Below, piece by piece: positions 54,396 to 64,000 of a stretch of 64,000 nucleotides of DNA. The notes below the pieces were generated by a model, which made no database searches, was not told where the DNA came from, and was given only the letters and a program-made list of their open reading frames with translations. The stretch's first letter is position 1. Each line of letters begins with the position of its first letter. The position numbers and the translations under genes were made by a program. The DNA comes from an uncultured Spirochaetota bacterium. GTDB taxonomy: Bacteria; Spirochaetota; Spirochaetia; SZUA-6; CAVTHK01. Where the stretch lies: positions 384,001 through 448,000 of the forward strand of contig CAVTHK010000013.1 in the NCBI GenBank assembly GCA_963734495.1, written 5' to 3'.

Positions 54396-55416
54396 TCAGC
54401 GGCGGGTCGCCGCGCGCAGCCCGCGGGACAGGGAGTCGAGCCGATCGACCTCGTCTTCGCCGAGCCGCAGCTCCAGCGCACCCGCGTTCTCGGCGGCCTG
54501 CGCCGCGCTCTTCGCGCCGGGGATGGCGACGACCGCCGGCTGCCGGATGAGCCACGCGAGGGCGACCTGCGCCGCGGTCCGGCCGCCGTGAGCCTCCCCG
54601 ACCGCGCGCAGCCGCTCGATGAGCGGAGCGAGCTCGGCGAGGCGCGCGGCGCGGAACTGCGGGAAGCGGCGGCGCAGCGCATCGTGGACGGACGCGCCGG
54701 GCCGGTACCTCCCGCCGAGCACGCCGCGGCCGAGCGGGCTGTACGCGATCAGGGCCGCACCGAGGTCGCGGCACGCATCGAGGACGCCGTTGCCCTGCGG
54801 CGAGCGCGCGAGCAGGCTGTACTCGACCTGGTTGGACACGAGGGGAATGCCGCGGCGCCCCAGCCGGTCGTAGGCGCGCCTCATGTCGTCGGCGGAGAAG
54901 TTGCTGACGCCGACGGAGCGCGCGCGACCGGTCTCAACCGCCTCGGCGAGCGCGTCGATGATCGTGCCCATCGCGAACAGAGGCCCCGGGAAATGGATCT
55001 GGTACAGGTCCACCGCGGGCAGCCCGAGCCGCGCGAGGCTCCTGTCCAGCGCCGCGATCACCGCCCGCCGGGCGAGGCGCCACGGCAGCGGGGCGAACTT
55101 GGTGGCCACCAGGGCGCGGAGCTGCCCCTGCGCGGCGCCGGCCGGCCCGGGCGTTCCCGCCCCGGGCGCGCGCCCGGCGCAGCAGCTCTCCGAGGACCCG
55201 CTCGGACGAGCCGCCCCCGTAGATCTCCGCCGTGTCGAAGAGCGTGATCCCTGCCGCGAGGCTCGCTTCGAAGGCGCCGGCGGCCGCCTCGGCGCCGAGG
55301 CGGTCGCCGTAGCCCCAGAGCCGGCTGTTGCTCCACGCCATCGTGCCGACGCCGAGCGGCAGCGTGAAGATCTCGCTGCGGCCGAGCTGCACTTCGTCGT
55401 AAAGCTGTCGGGTCAT
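54396..55416 (-). CDS. aldo/keto reductase, frameshifted
   Basis: LGVGT, FDTAEIYG, ATKF, DLYQIH, GVSNF, AYSPLG and IPGAK motifs. Confidence 0.92.
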
Positions 55417-55454
55417 GGGTTCGACCCGAATTTACTCCGCGCCGGGCTCGCAGG

Positions 55455-56534
55455 CTACACGTTGAAGAGGAAGTGGATGATGTCGCCGTCGAGGACCTCG
55501 TAGCCGCGCCCTTCCTGGCGGAAGAGCCCGGCCTCGCGCATCTTTTGGCTCGGAGCCGAGCCGCACGAGGTCGTCGTACGTGTAGACCTCCGCGCGGATG
55601 AAACCGCGCTCGAAGTCGGTGTGGATGCGGCCGGCGGCCGCGGGCGCGAGCGTGCCCCGGCGGATGGTCCACGCCTGGAGGTCCGTCGCGGCGGTGTAGA
55701 ACGTGATGAGGTCGAGCAGCGCGTAGGCCGTCGCGTGTCAGGCGCGCGAGCCCGCTCTCGGCCAGGCCGAGCGCCTCGAGGTACGGCTGCTTGTCGGCCT
55801 CCGGGATCTCGGAGACCTCCTGCTCGACCTTCGCCGAGAGGGCGAGGTACGCGGCGCCCGCGCGCCCGCGCGTACGCCTCGACCTCGGCGCCCGCGGCTC
55901 CCGCGGCGTCGCTCTCGTCCACGTTCGCGACGTAGACCTCCGGCTTGTCGGTGATCAGGCCGTAGCGCGAGGCGGCCTCGTGCAGGTCGGGGCGCGCGCG
56001 CAGCGCGGTCCCGGCGTCGATCAGCCCGCGCATGGCGTCGATCTCCGCGAGCTCCGCGGCCGCGGCCTTCTCGCCGCTGTGGGCCTTGTGGACGACCTTG
56101 TCGCGCGCCCGGTCGAGCACCTCCAGGTCCGCGAGCAGCAGCTCGGTGTTGATGATCTCGATGTCGCGCAGCGGGTCGACCCCGCCCGCCACGTGCGAGA
56201 CGTCGTCGTCGTGGAAGCAGCGCACGACGTGCACCAGCGCGTCGACGGGACGGATGTGGCCGAGAAAGAGGTTGCCGAGACCTTCGCCCTTCGAGGCTCC
56301 CTTGACGAGGCCGGCCACGTCGAGGAACTCGATGCGGGTCGGGATGGGCTTCGGCTTTCCGAGGATCCCGCCGATCCGGGCGAGCCGGGGGTCGGCCACC
56401 GGCACGACGGCGTGGTTGGCGTCGATCGTGCAGAACGGGTAGTTCTCCATCGGCGCCTTTGCGCCCGACAGAGCGTTGAAGACCGTCGACTTGCCCACGT
56501 TCGGCAGCCCGACGATGCCGCAGGTAAAGCCCAT
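55455..56534 (-). CDS. ychF: redox-regulated ATPase YchF, frameshifted
   Basis: [50 protein letters not shown] and [11 protein letters not shown] motifs. Confidence 0.95.
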   Translation of the reverse strand: MGFTCGIVGLPNVGKSTVFNALSGAKAPMENYPFCTIDANHAVVPVADPRLARIGGILGKPKPIPTRIEFLDVAGLVKGASKGEGLGNLFLGHIRPVDALVHVVRCFHDDDVSHVAGGVDPLRDIEIINTELLLADLEVLDRARDKVVHKAHSGEKAAAAELAEIDAMRGLIDAGTALRARPDLHEAASRYGLITDKPEVYVANVDESDAAGAAGAEVEAYARARGRRVPRPLGEGRAGGLRDPGGRQAAVPRGARPGRERARAPDTRRPTRCSTSSRSTPPRRTSRRGPSAGARSRPRPPAASTPTSSAVSSARRSTRTTTSCGSAPSQKMREAGLFRQEGRGYEVLDGDIIHFLFNV

Positions 56535-56650
56535 CGCGTCGACCCCGTGGCCATGATAGTCGCACCGGCCTGCGGTCGCAAGGCGGCGCGCCGCGGCGAC
56601 TGCGAGCGCGGCGAGTTGCAGGCAGATGCGGCGGGCCGTAGAATAGAAGC

Positions 56651-57187
56651 ATGGAGCTGCGGCACATCAAGTTGCCCGTGCGGTTCCTCGAGCATCTGCC
56701 GGAAGGGCTCAAGTACCTGCACCGGCACGGCAACGAGTACCTCGTGGTGGAGCAGCTGTTCTGCCCGCGCGGCCACAGCCTGATGGCATCGAGCGTGCAT
56801 ATTCACGGAGAGCCTTCCATCCGCATCAAGGTGCGGGCCGGCGAGAGGGAGGGACTGATCTTCGTCGACGCTTTCTGGGGAAGCCACGACAAGCTCTACA
56901 GCTTCCTCCCGGTGCAGGGCGGCCAGGAGCCCGTGCTGGAGACGTTCTGTCCGGAGTGCGGCGCCTCCCTGATCGTGGAGGAGCCCTGCACGCAGCCCGG
57001 CTGCGGCTCGACCAGGTGCATCCTCTTCCTCCTCCCGGGAGGGACCAACAGGATCTACGTCTGCGCGCGTCACGGATGCCCCTGGCACCGCATGGACATC
57101 CACGAGCTGCCCAGGTCGGTTTCGCGCTCCGTGAGCCAGGTCAACTACTTCGGCCACGGGGAGGAGGATGCCTTTCAGGGCATCTAG
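56651..57187 (+). CDS. Cys/His-rich hypothetical protein (putative metal-binding)
   Basis: Intact 178-aa ORF with CPRGH, CPEC, CTQPGC and CARHGCPWH. Confidence 0.75.
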   Translation: MELRHIKLPVRFLEHLPEGLKYLHRHGNEYLVVEQLFCPRGHSLMASSVHIHGEPSIRIKVRAGEREGLIFVDAFWGSHDKLYSFLPVQGGQEPVLETFCPECGASLIVEEPCTQPGCGSTRCILFLLPGGTNRIYVCARHGCPWHRMDIHELPRSVSRSVSQVNYFGHGEEDAFQGI

Positions 57188-57233
57188 CCGTCCGCGGTCC
57201 GCCGCCGGCTGCGGGGAGAGCCGCAGCCCGAGG

Positions 57234-57476
57234 ATGGTTCTGGTGGAGCAGGCCGTCGCAGGAAACCACGCCGTCATCGAGCCGTCGGAGTGCAAAGGCT
57301 GCAGGCTCTGTGTGGAGGCGTGCCCCAAGGGGTGCATCGAAGTCGGCTCGGAGATCAACGTCCTGGGCTACCAGTTCGCGCGCTTCGCAAAGCCGGGGTG
57401 CACGGCCTGCGGTCTCTGCTACTACGTCTGCCCCGAGCCCGGGGCCATCACGGTCGTCCGTTCGGGAACACGATGA
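57234..57476 (+). CDS. 2x[4Fe-4S] ferredoxin subunit of 2-oxoacid:ferredoxin oxidoreductase
   Basis: CKGCRLCVEACP and CTACGLCYYVCP motifs. Confidence 0.92.
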   Translation: MVLVEQAVAGNHAVIEPSECKGCRLCVEACPKGCIEVGSEINVLGYQFARFAKPGCTACGLCYYVCPEPGAITVVRSGTR

Positions 57477-58552
57477 GCGTGCGCCTGGTCAAAGGGAACG
57501 AGGCGGTGGTGCAGGGCGCCCTCATGGGCGGCGCCACCCATTTTTTCGGCTACCCCATCACCCCGGCGAGCGAGATCGCCCACGCCGCCGCGCTGTATTT
57601 CCCGCAGGCGGGCAGGAGCTTTCTCCAGGCCGAATCGGAGGTCGCCTCGATCAACATGATCTACGGCGCGGCGGCGGGGGGCGCGCGCGCCATGACGGCC
57701 ACCTCGGGCCCGGGCGTCTCCCTCATGGCCGAGGGCCTCTCCTACCTCGCCGGAGCCGAGCTGCCCTGCGTGGTGGTGGACGTGCAGCGCGCCGGCCCCG
57801 GGCTCGGCAACATCTGGCCGGAGCAGAGCGACTATGCCGCGGTCGTCAAGGGCGGCGGGCACGGGAACTACCGCAACGTCGTGCTCGCGCCGAGCACGGG
57901 CCAGGAGATGTGCGACTTCGCCTACCGCGCTTTCGACATCGCCGACCGCTACCGGATGACGGTCTTTATCCTGGCCGACGCGTACGTGGGACAGATGATG
58001 GAGCCGGTCCGCCTCCCCCTCGAGCCCCGGCATGGCGAGCGCAAGCCGTGGGCCGTGTACGGGGACGCAGACAGCCGACCCAACCTCATCAGCTCCATCC
58101 TGATGAGCCCCGCCCTCCTGGAACGGCACAACCGCATGCTCCAGGAGAAGTATTCGCGCATGAGCGCGGACGTTCTCGAGTACGAGGAGACGCTGGTGGA
58201 GGACGCCGAGATCCTCTTCGTGGCCTACGGCATCACCGCCCGCATCTGCTCGAGCGCGGTCAGGCGCCTGCGCGGCCGCGGCGTCAGAGCCGGGATGCTG
58301 CGCCCCAGGACCCTCTTCCCCTTCCCGACGGAACGGATCCGTGCGCTCGCCCGGAGAGGCACCGCGCGGGCGCTGATCGCGGCGGAGCTCTCCGCGGGCC
58401 AGATGGCCGAAGACGTGGAGCTCGCCGCGGCCGGCGCGCTGCCGGTGCTCCGCTACGGCTGGCTCGGCGGCGTCGTCCCGACGGAGGGCGAGATCGAGGA
58501 GCGGGCCCTGCGGGACGCGGCGCTCGCCGGGCGCGTCAACGGAGTCGCCTGA
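57473..58552 (+). CDS. vorB: 2-oxoisovalerate-type 2-oxoacid:ferredoxin oxidoreductase alpha subunit (VorB-like)
   Basis: KGNEA, GYPITP, QAESE, TATSGPG and QRAGPGLGNI…KGGGHG motifs. Confidence 0.88.
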   Translation: MSVRLVKGNEAVVQGALMGGATHFFGYPITPASEIAHAAALYFPQAGRSFLQAESEVASINMIYGAAAGGARAMTATSGPGVSLMAEGLSYLAGAELPCVVVDVQRAGPGLGNIWPEQSDYAAVVKGGGHGNYRNVVLAPSTGQEMCDFAYRAFDIADRYRMTVFILADAYVGQMMEPVRLPLEPRHGERKPWAVYGDADSRPNLISSILMSPALLERHNRMLQEKYSRMSADVLEYEETLVEDAEILFVAYGITARICSSAVRRLRGRGVRAGMLRPRTLFPFPTERIRALARRGTARALIAAELSAGQMAEDVELAAAGALPVLRYGWLGGVVPTEGEIEERALRDAALAGRVNGVA

Positions 58553-59994
58553 TGGTCAAGCACGCCAAGCCCGCGAGCTTCTACGACGTCTTCTCCCGCA
58601 AGGGGGAGGGGCAGAAGGTGACGCACTACTGCCCGGGCTGCGGACACGGCACCGCGCACAAGCTCCTTGCGGAGGCGATCGACGAGCTCGGCATCCAGGA
58701 CAGGGTCGTCCTCTGCTCGCCGGTGGGCTGCTCGGTCTTCGCCTACTACTATTTCGACACCGGGAACGTGCAGTGCTCGCACGGCAGGGCGCCGGCCGTG
58801 GCCACCGGGCTGCGCCGCTCGCTTCCCGAGGCGGTGGTCGTGAGCTACCAGGGCGACGGCGACCTCGCGGGCATAGGCCTGGCCGAGATCATGCATGCCG
58901 CAAACCGCGGCGAGAACATCTCGGTCTTCTTTATCAACAACGCGATCTACGGCATGACGGGCGGGCAGATGGCGCCCACGACGCTTGTCGGCCAGGTCAC
59001 GCTGACCACCCCCTTCGGCCGATCGCTGCAGCACGACGGCGCGCCCATCGGCATGGCCGAGCTGATCTCATCGCTCGCCCTTCCGGCCTACGTCGAGCGC
59101 GTCTCCCTTGGAGACGGGCAGCGCATCCTGCGGGCGCGCAAGGCGTTCCGCAAGGCGCTCCAGTACCAGGTCGAGCGGCGCGGCTTCTCCTTTGTCGAGG
59201 TGCTGTCCCCCTGTCCGGTGAACTGGAAGATGAGCCCGAGCGAGGCGCGCACCTGGCTCATGGAAACGCTCGAGCAGACCTACCCGGTCCGGCTCTTCCG
59301 CGACGCGGAGTCCCTTCCCGCCGTGCAGGCCGCAGCACCGGCGCCCGCCGCGGGCGCGGCCGCGGGCGCGCCTCCGCGCGTCGTAGGCGACGACGGGCTC
59401 CGCTCCCTCTTTCTCGTGGAAAAGGACATCGAGGTCGTCGCGCGTCACGGCGAGGTGGCGGAACAGCAGGTGAGGATCGCGGGCTTTGGCGGGCAGGGGG
59501 TCATGTCGGCCGGGATCCTGCTCGCGAACTGCGCGGTGGCCGAGGACCTGCACGCGAGCTGGCTCCCCTCCTACGGTCCCGAGATGCGCGGCGGGACCGC
59601 CAACGCGAGCGTGGTCATCTCTTCGGAGGAGATCGGCTCGCCCGTGGTCGCGTCGCCCAACGTGCTCATCGCCATGAACGGCCCTTCGTTCGACACCTTT
59701 GCTCCGGCCGTGGCTCCCGGGGGGCTCATCGTGGCGAACTCGAGCCTCTTCCAGCCCGGGACGGAGCGCGGCGACGTGCGGGTTCTCGCGGTTCCCGCGA
59801 CCGAAATCGCGGGCCGCCTGGGCTTCGTCGGCGCCGCGAACGTCGTGGCGCTCGCCGCGTACATCGGCGCCTCCGGCGCGATCCGCCCCGAAACGCTGCG
59901 TCAGGTGGTGCCCCTCTCCATCAAGAAGCGGCAGTTCGCCGAGGTCAACCTCAAGGCCATCGAGGCGGGGCTGGAGTATGCAGCGAGACCATAG
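58552..59994 (+). CDS. 2-oxoacid:ferredoxin oxidoreductase fused beta (TPP-binding) and gamma subunit
   Basis: YCPGCGHG, GDGD…NN, AGFGGQG and PSYGPEMRGGTAN motifs. Confidence 0.92.
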   Translation: MVKHAKPASFYDVFSRKGEGQKVTHYCPGCGHGTAHKLLAEAIDELGIQDRVVLCSPVGCSVFAYYYFDTGNVQCSHGRAPAVATGLRRSLPEAVVVSYQGDGDLAGIGLAEIMHAANRGENISVFFINNAIYGMTGGQMAPTTLVGQVTLTTPFGRSLQHDGAPIGMAELISSLALPAYVERVSLGDGQRILRARKAFRKALQYQVERRGFSFVEVLSPCPVNWKMSPSEARTWLMETLEQTYPVRLFRDAESLPAVQAAAPAPAAGAAAGAPPRVVGDDGLRSLFLVEKDIEVVARHGEVAEQQVRIAGFGGQGVMSAGILLANCAVAEDLHASWLPSYGPEMRGGTANASVVISSEEIGSPVVASPNVLIAMNGPSFDTFAPAVAPGGLIVANSSLFQPGTERGDVRVLAVPATEIAGRLGFVGAANVVALAAYIGASGAIRPETLRQVVPLSIKKRQFAEVNLKAIEAGLEYAARP

Positions 59995-61075
59995 GACGGC
60001 CGGCCCCCGCATCCTCGTCATCAACCCGGGATCCACTTCCACGAAGCTCTCGCTGTTCCGGGGCGAGGAGGAGCTGGATTCCGTCGCAGCTCCTTCACCG
60101 GCCGAGGAGCTGCGCGGCTTCGCGCGCATCTTCGAGCAGCTTCCCCTCCGCGCGCGGGCCGTCGAGGCCTTTCTGACGGAGTGCGAGGAGAAGGCGGCGC
60201 ATCTCGATGCCGCGGTCGCACGCGGAGGGCTCCTCCGCCCCCTGCAGAGCGGCGTCTACGTCGTGGACGAGGCGATGCTTCGCGATCTGGAGTCGGCCCG
60301 CTATGGGGAGCACGCGAGCAACCTGGGGGCTCCGCTCGCGCATGGGGTGGCCTCCCGGGCGGGCTGCCCCGCATTCATCGCGGACCCGGTCGTGGTGGAC
60401 GAGATGGACGACGTGGCGCGCCTCTCTGGCATGCCGGAGATCGAGCGCCGGAGCATCTTCCATGCCCTGAACCAGAAGTCCGCGGCTCGCGAGGTCGCCG
60501 CGCGCCTCGGCCGGCCCTACGAAGAGTGCCGCTTGATCGTGGCCCACATGGGCGGCGGCATCTCCGTAGGCGCGCACGCCGGCGGCCGCGTCATCGATGT
60601 GAACAACGCCCTGGACGGCGACGGCCCCTTTGCTCCCGAGCGCTCGGGCGGCGTTCCCGTCGGCGCGCTGGTAGAGCTCGCCGCGAGCGGAAAGCTCCCC
60701 ATCGAGGAGCTGCGCCGCAGGATCGTGGGGCGCGGCGGCCTGGTGGCCTACTGCGGCACGAACAGCCTGAAGGAGGCCCAGGACGCGGCGGACCGCGGCG
60801 ACCTGCGCGCCGCCCTCGCGATCGAGGCCATGGCCTACCAGGTTGCCAAGGAGGTGGCCATGCACGGCGCCACGCTCTCGGGGCGGGTCGACCGGATCAT
60901 CCTCACCGGAGGCATGGCGCAGGACGGGCGTTTCGTCCGACGCATCGTGGAGCGCGTCTCCTTTCTCGCCCCCGTGGAGGTGTTGCCGGGGGAGCGGGAG
61001 ATGCTGTCCCTGGCGCGCAACTGCCTCGCCGTGCTCACGGGGGCGCTGCAGCCGCGCAGGTACGGGCAGCCGTGA
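59978..61075 (+). CDS. buk: butyrate kinase
   Basis: INPGSTSTK, ARGGLL, HASNLG, HALNQK, HMGGGIS and PERSG motifs. Confidence 0.95.
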   Translation: MQRDHRTAGPRILVINPGSTSTKLSLFRGEEELDSVAAPSPAEELRGFARIFEQLPLRARAVEAFLTECEEKAAHLDAAVARGGLLRPLQSGVYVVDEAMLRDLESARYGEHASNLGAPLAHGVASRAGCPAFIADPVVVDEMDDVARLSGMPEIERRSIFHALNQKSAAREVAARLGRPYEECRLIVAHMGGGISVGAHAGGRVIDVNNALDGDGPFAPERSGGVPVGALVELAASGKLPIEELRRRIVGRGGLVAYCGTNSLKEAQDAADRGDLRAALAIEAMAYQVAKEVAMHGATLSGRVDRIILTGGMAQDGRFVRRIVERVSFLAPVEVLPGEREMLSLARNCLAVLTGALQPRRYGQP

Positions 61076-62010
61076 GCGATGCCGCCGCGCTGCGCGAGCT
61101 CTTCGGCATGCCCGCCCCCGGGCAGCCGGCTTCGGGCCGGCGAAAGACCGTCGCGGTCCCGCTGGCCGACCACGAGGAGATCCTCGCCTGCATCGGCCGG
61201 GCCCTGCACAGGATCGCTGAGTTCGTTCTCATCGGGGACGAGCGGCGGATCCGGGAGGCGGCGGGTCGCGCGGGAGCGGATCTCGCCGGCGCGACCTTCC
61301 TCACGGAGACCGACGAGGTCGCGGCGTGCGCGCTTGCCGCCCGCCTCGTGCGCGACGGAGAGGCGCAGCTCCTCATGAAGGGGCAGGTGCAGACCTCGAC
61401 GTTCATCAAGGCTGTGCTGGACAAGACAAGCGGGCTGGTGGAGCCGGGACGCCTCGTGAGCCACGTGACGGTGTGCGGGATCCCGCGCTACCCCAAACCC
61501 CTCCTGCTCACGGATGCCGCGATCACGGTCGAGCCGGGGCTCGAGCAGAAGGCCGAGATCCTGCGCAACGCGCTGGCAGTAGCGCGCGCGCTCGGCATCG
61601 CGCGGCCCAGGGTGGCCTGCGTGGCGGCCGTGGAGAAGGTGAGCCCCAAGGTCCGCAGCACCGTGGACGCGGCGGAGCTGGTGCGAATGGCCGGCGACGC
61701 TGACCTCGCCGCGCGCAGCGGCCTGGAGGGGATCGAGATCCAGGGCCCGCTGGGCCTCGACCTCGCGGTCTCGCAGGAGGCGGCCCGCGTCAAAGGGGTG
61801 ACCGGACCCGTCGTGGGGAGGGCAGACATCCTCCTCATGCCCGGCCTCGATGCGGCCAACGCGCTGTACAAGTCCCTCACCTGCTTTGCCGATTCGTTCA
61901 TGGCCAGCGTGGTCGCCGGGGCGAGAGCGCCCGTGGTGCTGACGTCGCGCGCCGACAGCGAGGAGACGAAGTACCTGTCGCTCGGCCTCGCGCTCAAGCT
62001 CGCGGGTTGA
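61072..62010 (+). CDS. ptb: phosphate butyryltransferase / phosphate acyltransferase
   Basis: LMKG, LTDAA, AVEKV, GPLGLDLAVS and VLTSRAD motifs; follows buk. Confidence 0.88.
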   Translation: MSDAAALRELFGMPAPGQPASGRRKTVAVPLADHEEILACIGRALHRIAEFVLIGDERRIREAAGRAGADLAGATFLTETDEVAACALAARLVRDGEAQLLMKGQVQTSTFIKAVLDKTSGLVEPGRLVSHVTVCGIPRYPKPLLLTDAAITVEPGLEQKAEILRNALAVARALGIARPRVACVAAVEKVSPKVRSTVDAAELVRMAGDADLAARSGLEGIEIQGPLGLDLAVSQEAARVKGVTGPVVGRADILLMPGLDAANALYKSLTCFADSFMASVVAGARAPVVLTSRADSEETKYLSLGLALKLAG

Positions 62011-62053
62011 GCCTCCAGGCGCGGGGAGGGCCCGCCATGCGCCCTGGCCGGCG

Positions 62054-63551
62054 CTACTTGTCGCGCACCGCCTCGGTCATGGGGAGCCCCGTGTCGTAGT
62101 CGAGCTGCCGGGGCTCGTACTCCTCGTTCTCCCTCTGGCGCGTTCTCGACGTGTACTTCCAGGTCGCCGGGCGCGCGTCCCGCCGCCAGGGCCGCCGCTC
62201 CCAGTAGTAGCCGCGGAAGGGATCGCGCGTGCGGTTCATCCAGGCGAGCAGCCTGTCGTGGAGCGCGTCGCGCGCCGCGCGGCAGGCGTCCGACTCGATG
62301 AGGTTCGTGATCTCCTCGGGGTCCGCTTCGAGGTCGTACAGCTCGTCGCCGGAGAGCAGGTTGAGCACCAGCTTGTGGCGGCCGTCGAAGATCGCCCGCA
62401 CCGGCTGGAACCCGCCGAAGCCGTCGTGGTCGATCTCGTAGCGGCCGAACTCGATGAACACGTCGCGCGACCGCGTGTCGGCCGGGGCGCGGATGATGGA
62501 GGAGACAGGCTCGCCCTCGAGCAGCCTCGGCAGCGGGACGCCGAAGTGCTCCAGCACCGTCGGCACGAGGTCGATGTGCGACACGGGCGTCGCCGCGGTC
62601 GCGCCCGCGCGGGGCTGCCCCGGGCCAGCGCACGATCAGCGGGATGCGGGTGATCTCGTCGTACATCGCCGGCCCCTTGCTCGTGATGCTGTGCGATTCG
62701 AGCGCATCGCCGTGGTCGGAGGTGTAGATCACGAGCGCGTCGGGGCAGTGACGGTCGATCGCCTCGAGCACGCGGCCGATCTCGTAGTCGACGAAGGAGT
62801 TGCACCCGAAGAACGCGGCGCTGCCGATCTCCACTCCGTCCCGGTCGCGCCTGACGCCGTCGCCGGCCCAGACCCTCTGGTGCTCCGGCTTGTCCTCCAG
62901 CGTGTCCCAGACGTTGCGCTTGCGCGGGAACCGGTAGCCCTTGTACATGGAAGCGTACGGCTCGGGGCAGAGAAACGGGTCGTGCGGCTCGTCGTAGGAG
63001 ACGACGAGGAAGAAATCCTCCCCGGCGCCCGAGGCGAGGAACCGCCGCGCGCGATCCGCGCCGCGATGCCCGTAGGTGAAGCCCTCTTCGATCCCCGGAT
63101 CGTAGATGGTCTCGACGCGGCGCGAAGCGAGGCGCTGCCCGGGCGTGAGCTCCTCGAGGTAGTTCCGCATGTCGTACCAGTACGCGGGGTCCCACCCGTC
63201 CGGGCAGCGGCCGAGGCCGAAGTAGTCGCCGCCGTCGAGGTGCCACTTGCCGATGTAGCCGCAGCGGACGCCGTGGTCGGCGAGGCGCTGGCCGATGGTC
63301 TTGACGTTGTCGCCCAGCGGCATGCTGTTGCCCCAGCTGCCGTTGGAGTGCGGGTAGGTGCCGGTGAACATCGCGCTGCGGGCGGGCCCGCAGACCGGCT
63401 GGCAGGTGTAGGCGCGGTCGAAACGGACGCCCTGCGAGGCGAGCCGGTCCAGGTGCGGCGTCCGCATGCCCGCGTTGCCGTAGCAGCCCAGCATGTCGGT
63501 CCGCTGGGTGTCGGTCATGATCAGGACGACGCGCCGTCGCTCTGCTGCCAT
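62054..63551 (-). CDS. sulfatase (YidJ-like), frameshifted
   Basis: MTDTQR, CGPARS (CxPxR), GKWHL and TSDHG motifs. Confidence 0.92.
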
Positions 63552-63629
63552 CGCTCCTCCTCCGGGCACCCATTGGGCCCGCGGCCCTCGACGCTGTCAA
63601 CCGCGGCGGTGGGCGCCCGCCGATCTTTC

Positions 63630-63658
63630 TTGACAGCGCCTGCCGCCGAACAAATACT
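63630..63658 (+). promoter_or_regulatory. sigma70-type promoter of the sugar-binding protein gene (divergent region)
   Basis: TTGACA-N17-AATACT; a mirror TTGACA on the minus strand at 63595-63600. Confidence 0.5.
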
Positions 63659-63690
63659 TGGGGTGAAGAATCCCGCAAAGGAGGGAGAGT

Positions 63691-64000
63691 ATGAGACGGA
63701 CCACGTCCCGCCTCGTTGTCATCGCGACGGCAGCGCTGACGCTCCTCGCGATGTCCGCCTGGGCCTCGCCGTCCTCGGAAGCAGGCACGGCAGGGCCGGT
63801 GAAGGTCGTCATGACTACGGGCAAGGACGCGAGCGGGGCCAACCCGCAGATCGTCGCCAAGTTCAATGCGGCGCACAAGGACATCCAGATCGACTACCAG
63901 GAGATGCCGCCGTCGACGACCGAGCAGCACGACAAGTACGCGACGGTGTTCGCGGCCAAGGACCCGAGCATCGACGTCATCTCGGCGGACATCCCGTGGG
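63691..64000 (+). CDS. sugar ABC substrate-binding protein, N-terminal part (runs off the window edge)
   Basis: AAGGAGG RBS; signal peptide; IVAKFNAAHKDIQI…SIDVISADIPW. Confidence 0.85.
   Translation, partial: MRRTTSRLVVIATAALTLLAMSAWASPSSEAGTAGPVKVVMTTGKDASGANPQIVAKFNAAHKDIQIDYQEMPPSTTEQHDKYATVFAAKDPSIDVISADIPW

Noticed and set aside
2369-56534. Mass pseudogenisation suggested by the many frameshifts
   Set aside because: Conserved genes such as ychF are hit too, motifs remain intact, and the lesions inspected are single-base insertions, which fits sequencing error.
408-63930. Long antisense or alternate-frame ORFs (e.g. 408-1730+, 22054-23574+, 41234-42856+, 42860-44926+, 5240-7417+)
   Set aside because: They are shadows of real genes in high-GC DNA, Arg/Ala/Pro-rich and without recognisable motifs.
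1-64000. CRISPR arrays, tRNA/rRNA genes, IS elements, integrases, known defence systems
   Set aside because: No regularly spaced repeats, cloverleafs, or transposase, recombinase or nuclease motifs were found by eye.

Overview
A very GC-rich bacterial chromosomal segment with about 55 protein-coding genes and no rRNA, tRNA, CRISPR array, integrase or transposase that I can support. The style of the solute-binding-protein N-termini (…ANGKPEQ, …FGGATPEK, …WASPSSE) suggests Spirochaetia, but this is inference. Many genes carry single-base frameshifts that look like long-read consensus errors, so CDS calls below are stitched across frames and some starts and ends are approximate. Content from left to right: (1) an accessory region at 0.2-17 kb with an M48 peptidase, YkgJ, an FG-GAP propeller protein, a sigma54-driven lipoprotein, an orphan Clp1 kinase, an esterase, pirin, a vWA-CsgG protein, a bCerS/YghO-like GNAT coupled to a GPH-family MFS, and two patches of gene fragments; (2) a carbohydrate ABC operon with tandem paralogous binding proteins; (3) assorted catabolic enzymes and MFS transporters; (4) an Opp-type ABC importer interleaved with two divergent ADP-ribosylglycohydrolases and an acid-sugar dehydratase, with its own promoter and operator; (5) a three-subunit xanthine-dehydrogenase-family enzyme plus MocA; (6) hsp20, a phosphatase, a SnoaL pair, oxidoreductases and ychF; (7) a Cys-rich unknown gene followed by VOR, buk and ptb; (8) a sulfatase and a partial sugar-binding protein. 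The best candidates for undescribed biology are the ARH/ABC operon, the ceramide-synthase-like/MFS pair, the Cys-rich gene heading the VOR operon, and a cargo block bounded by a duplicated gene tail.
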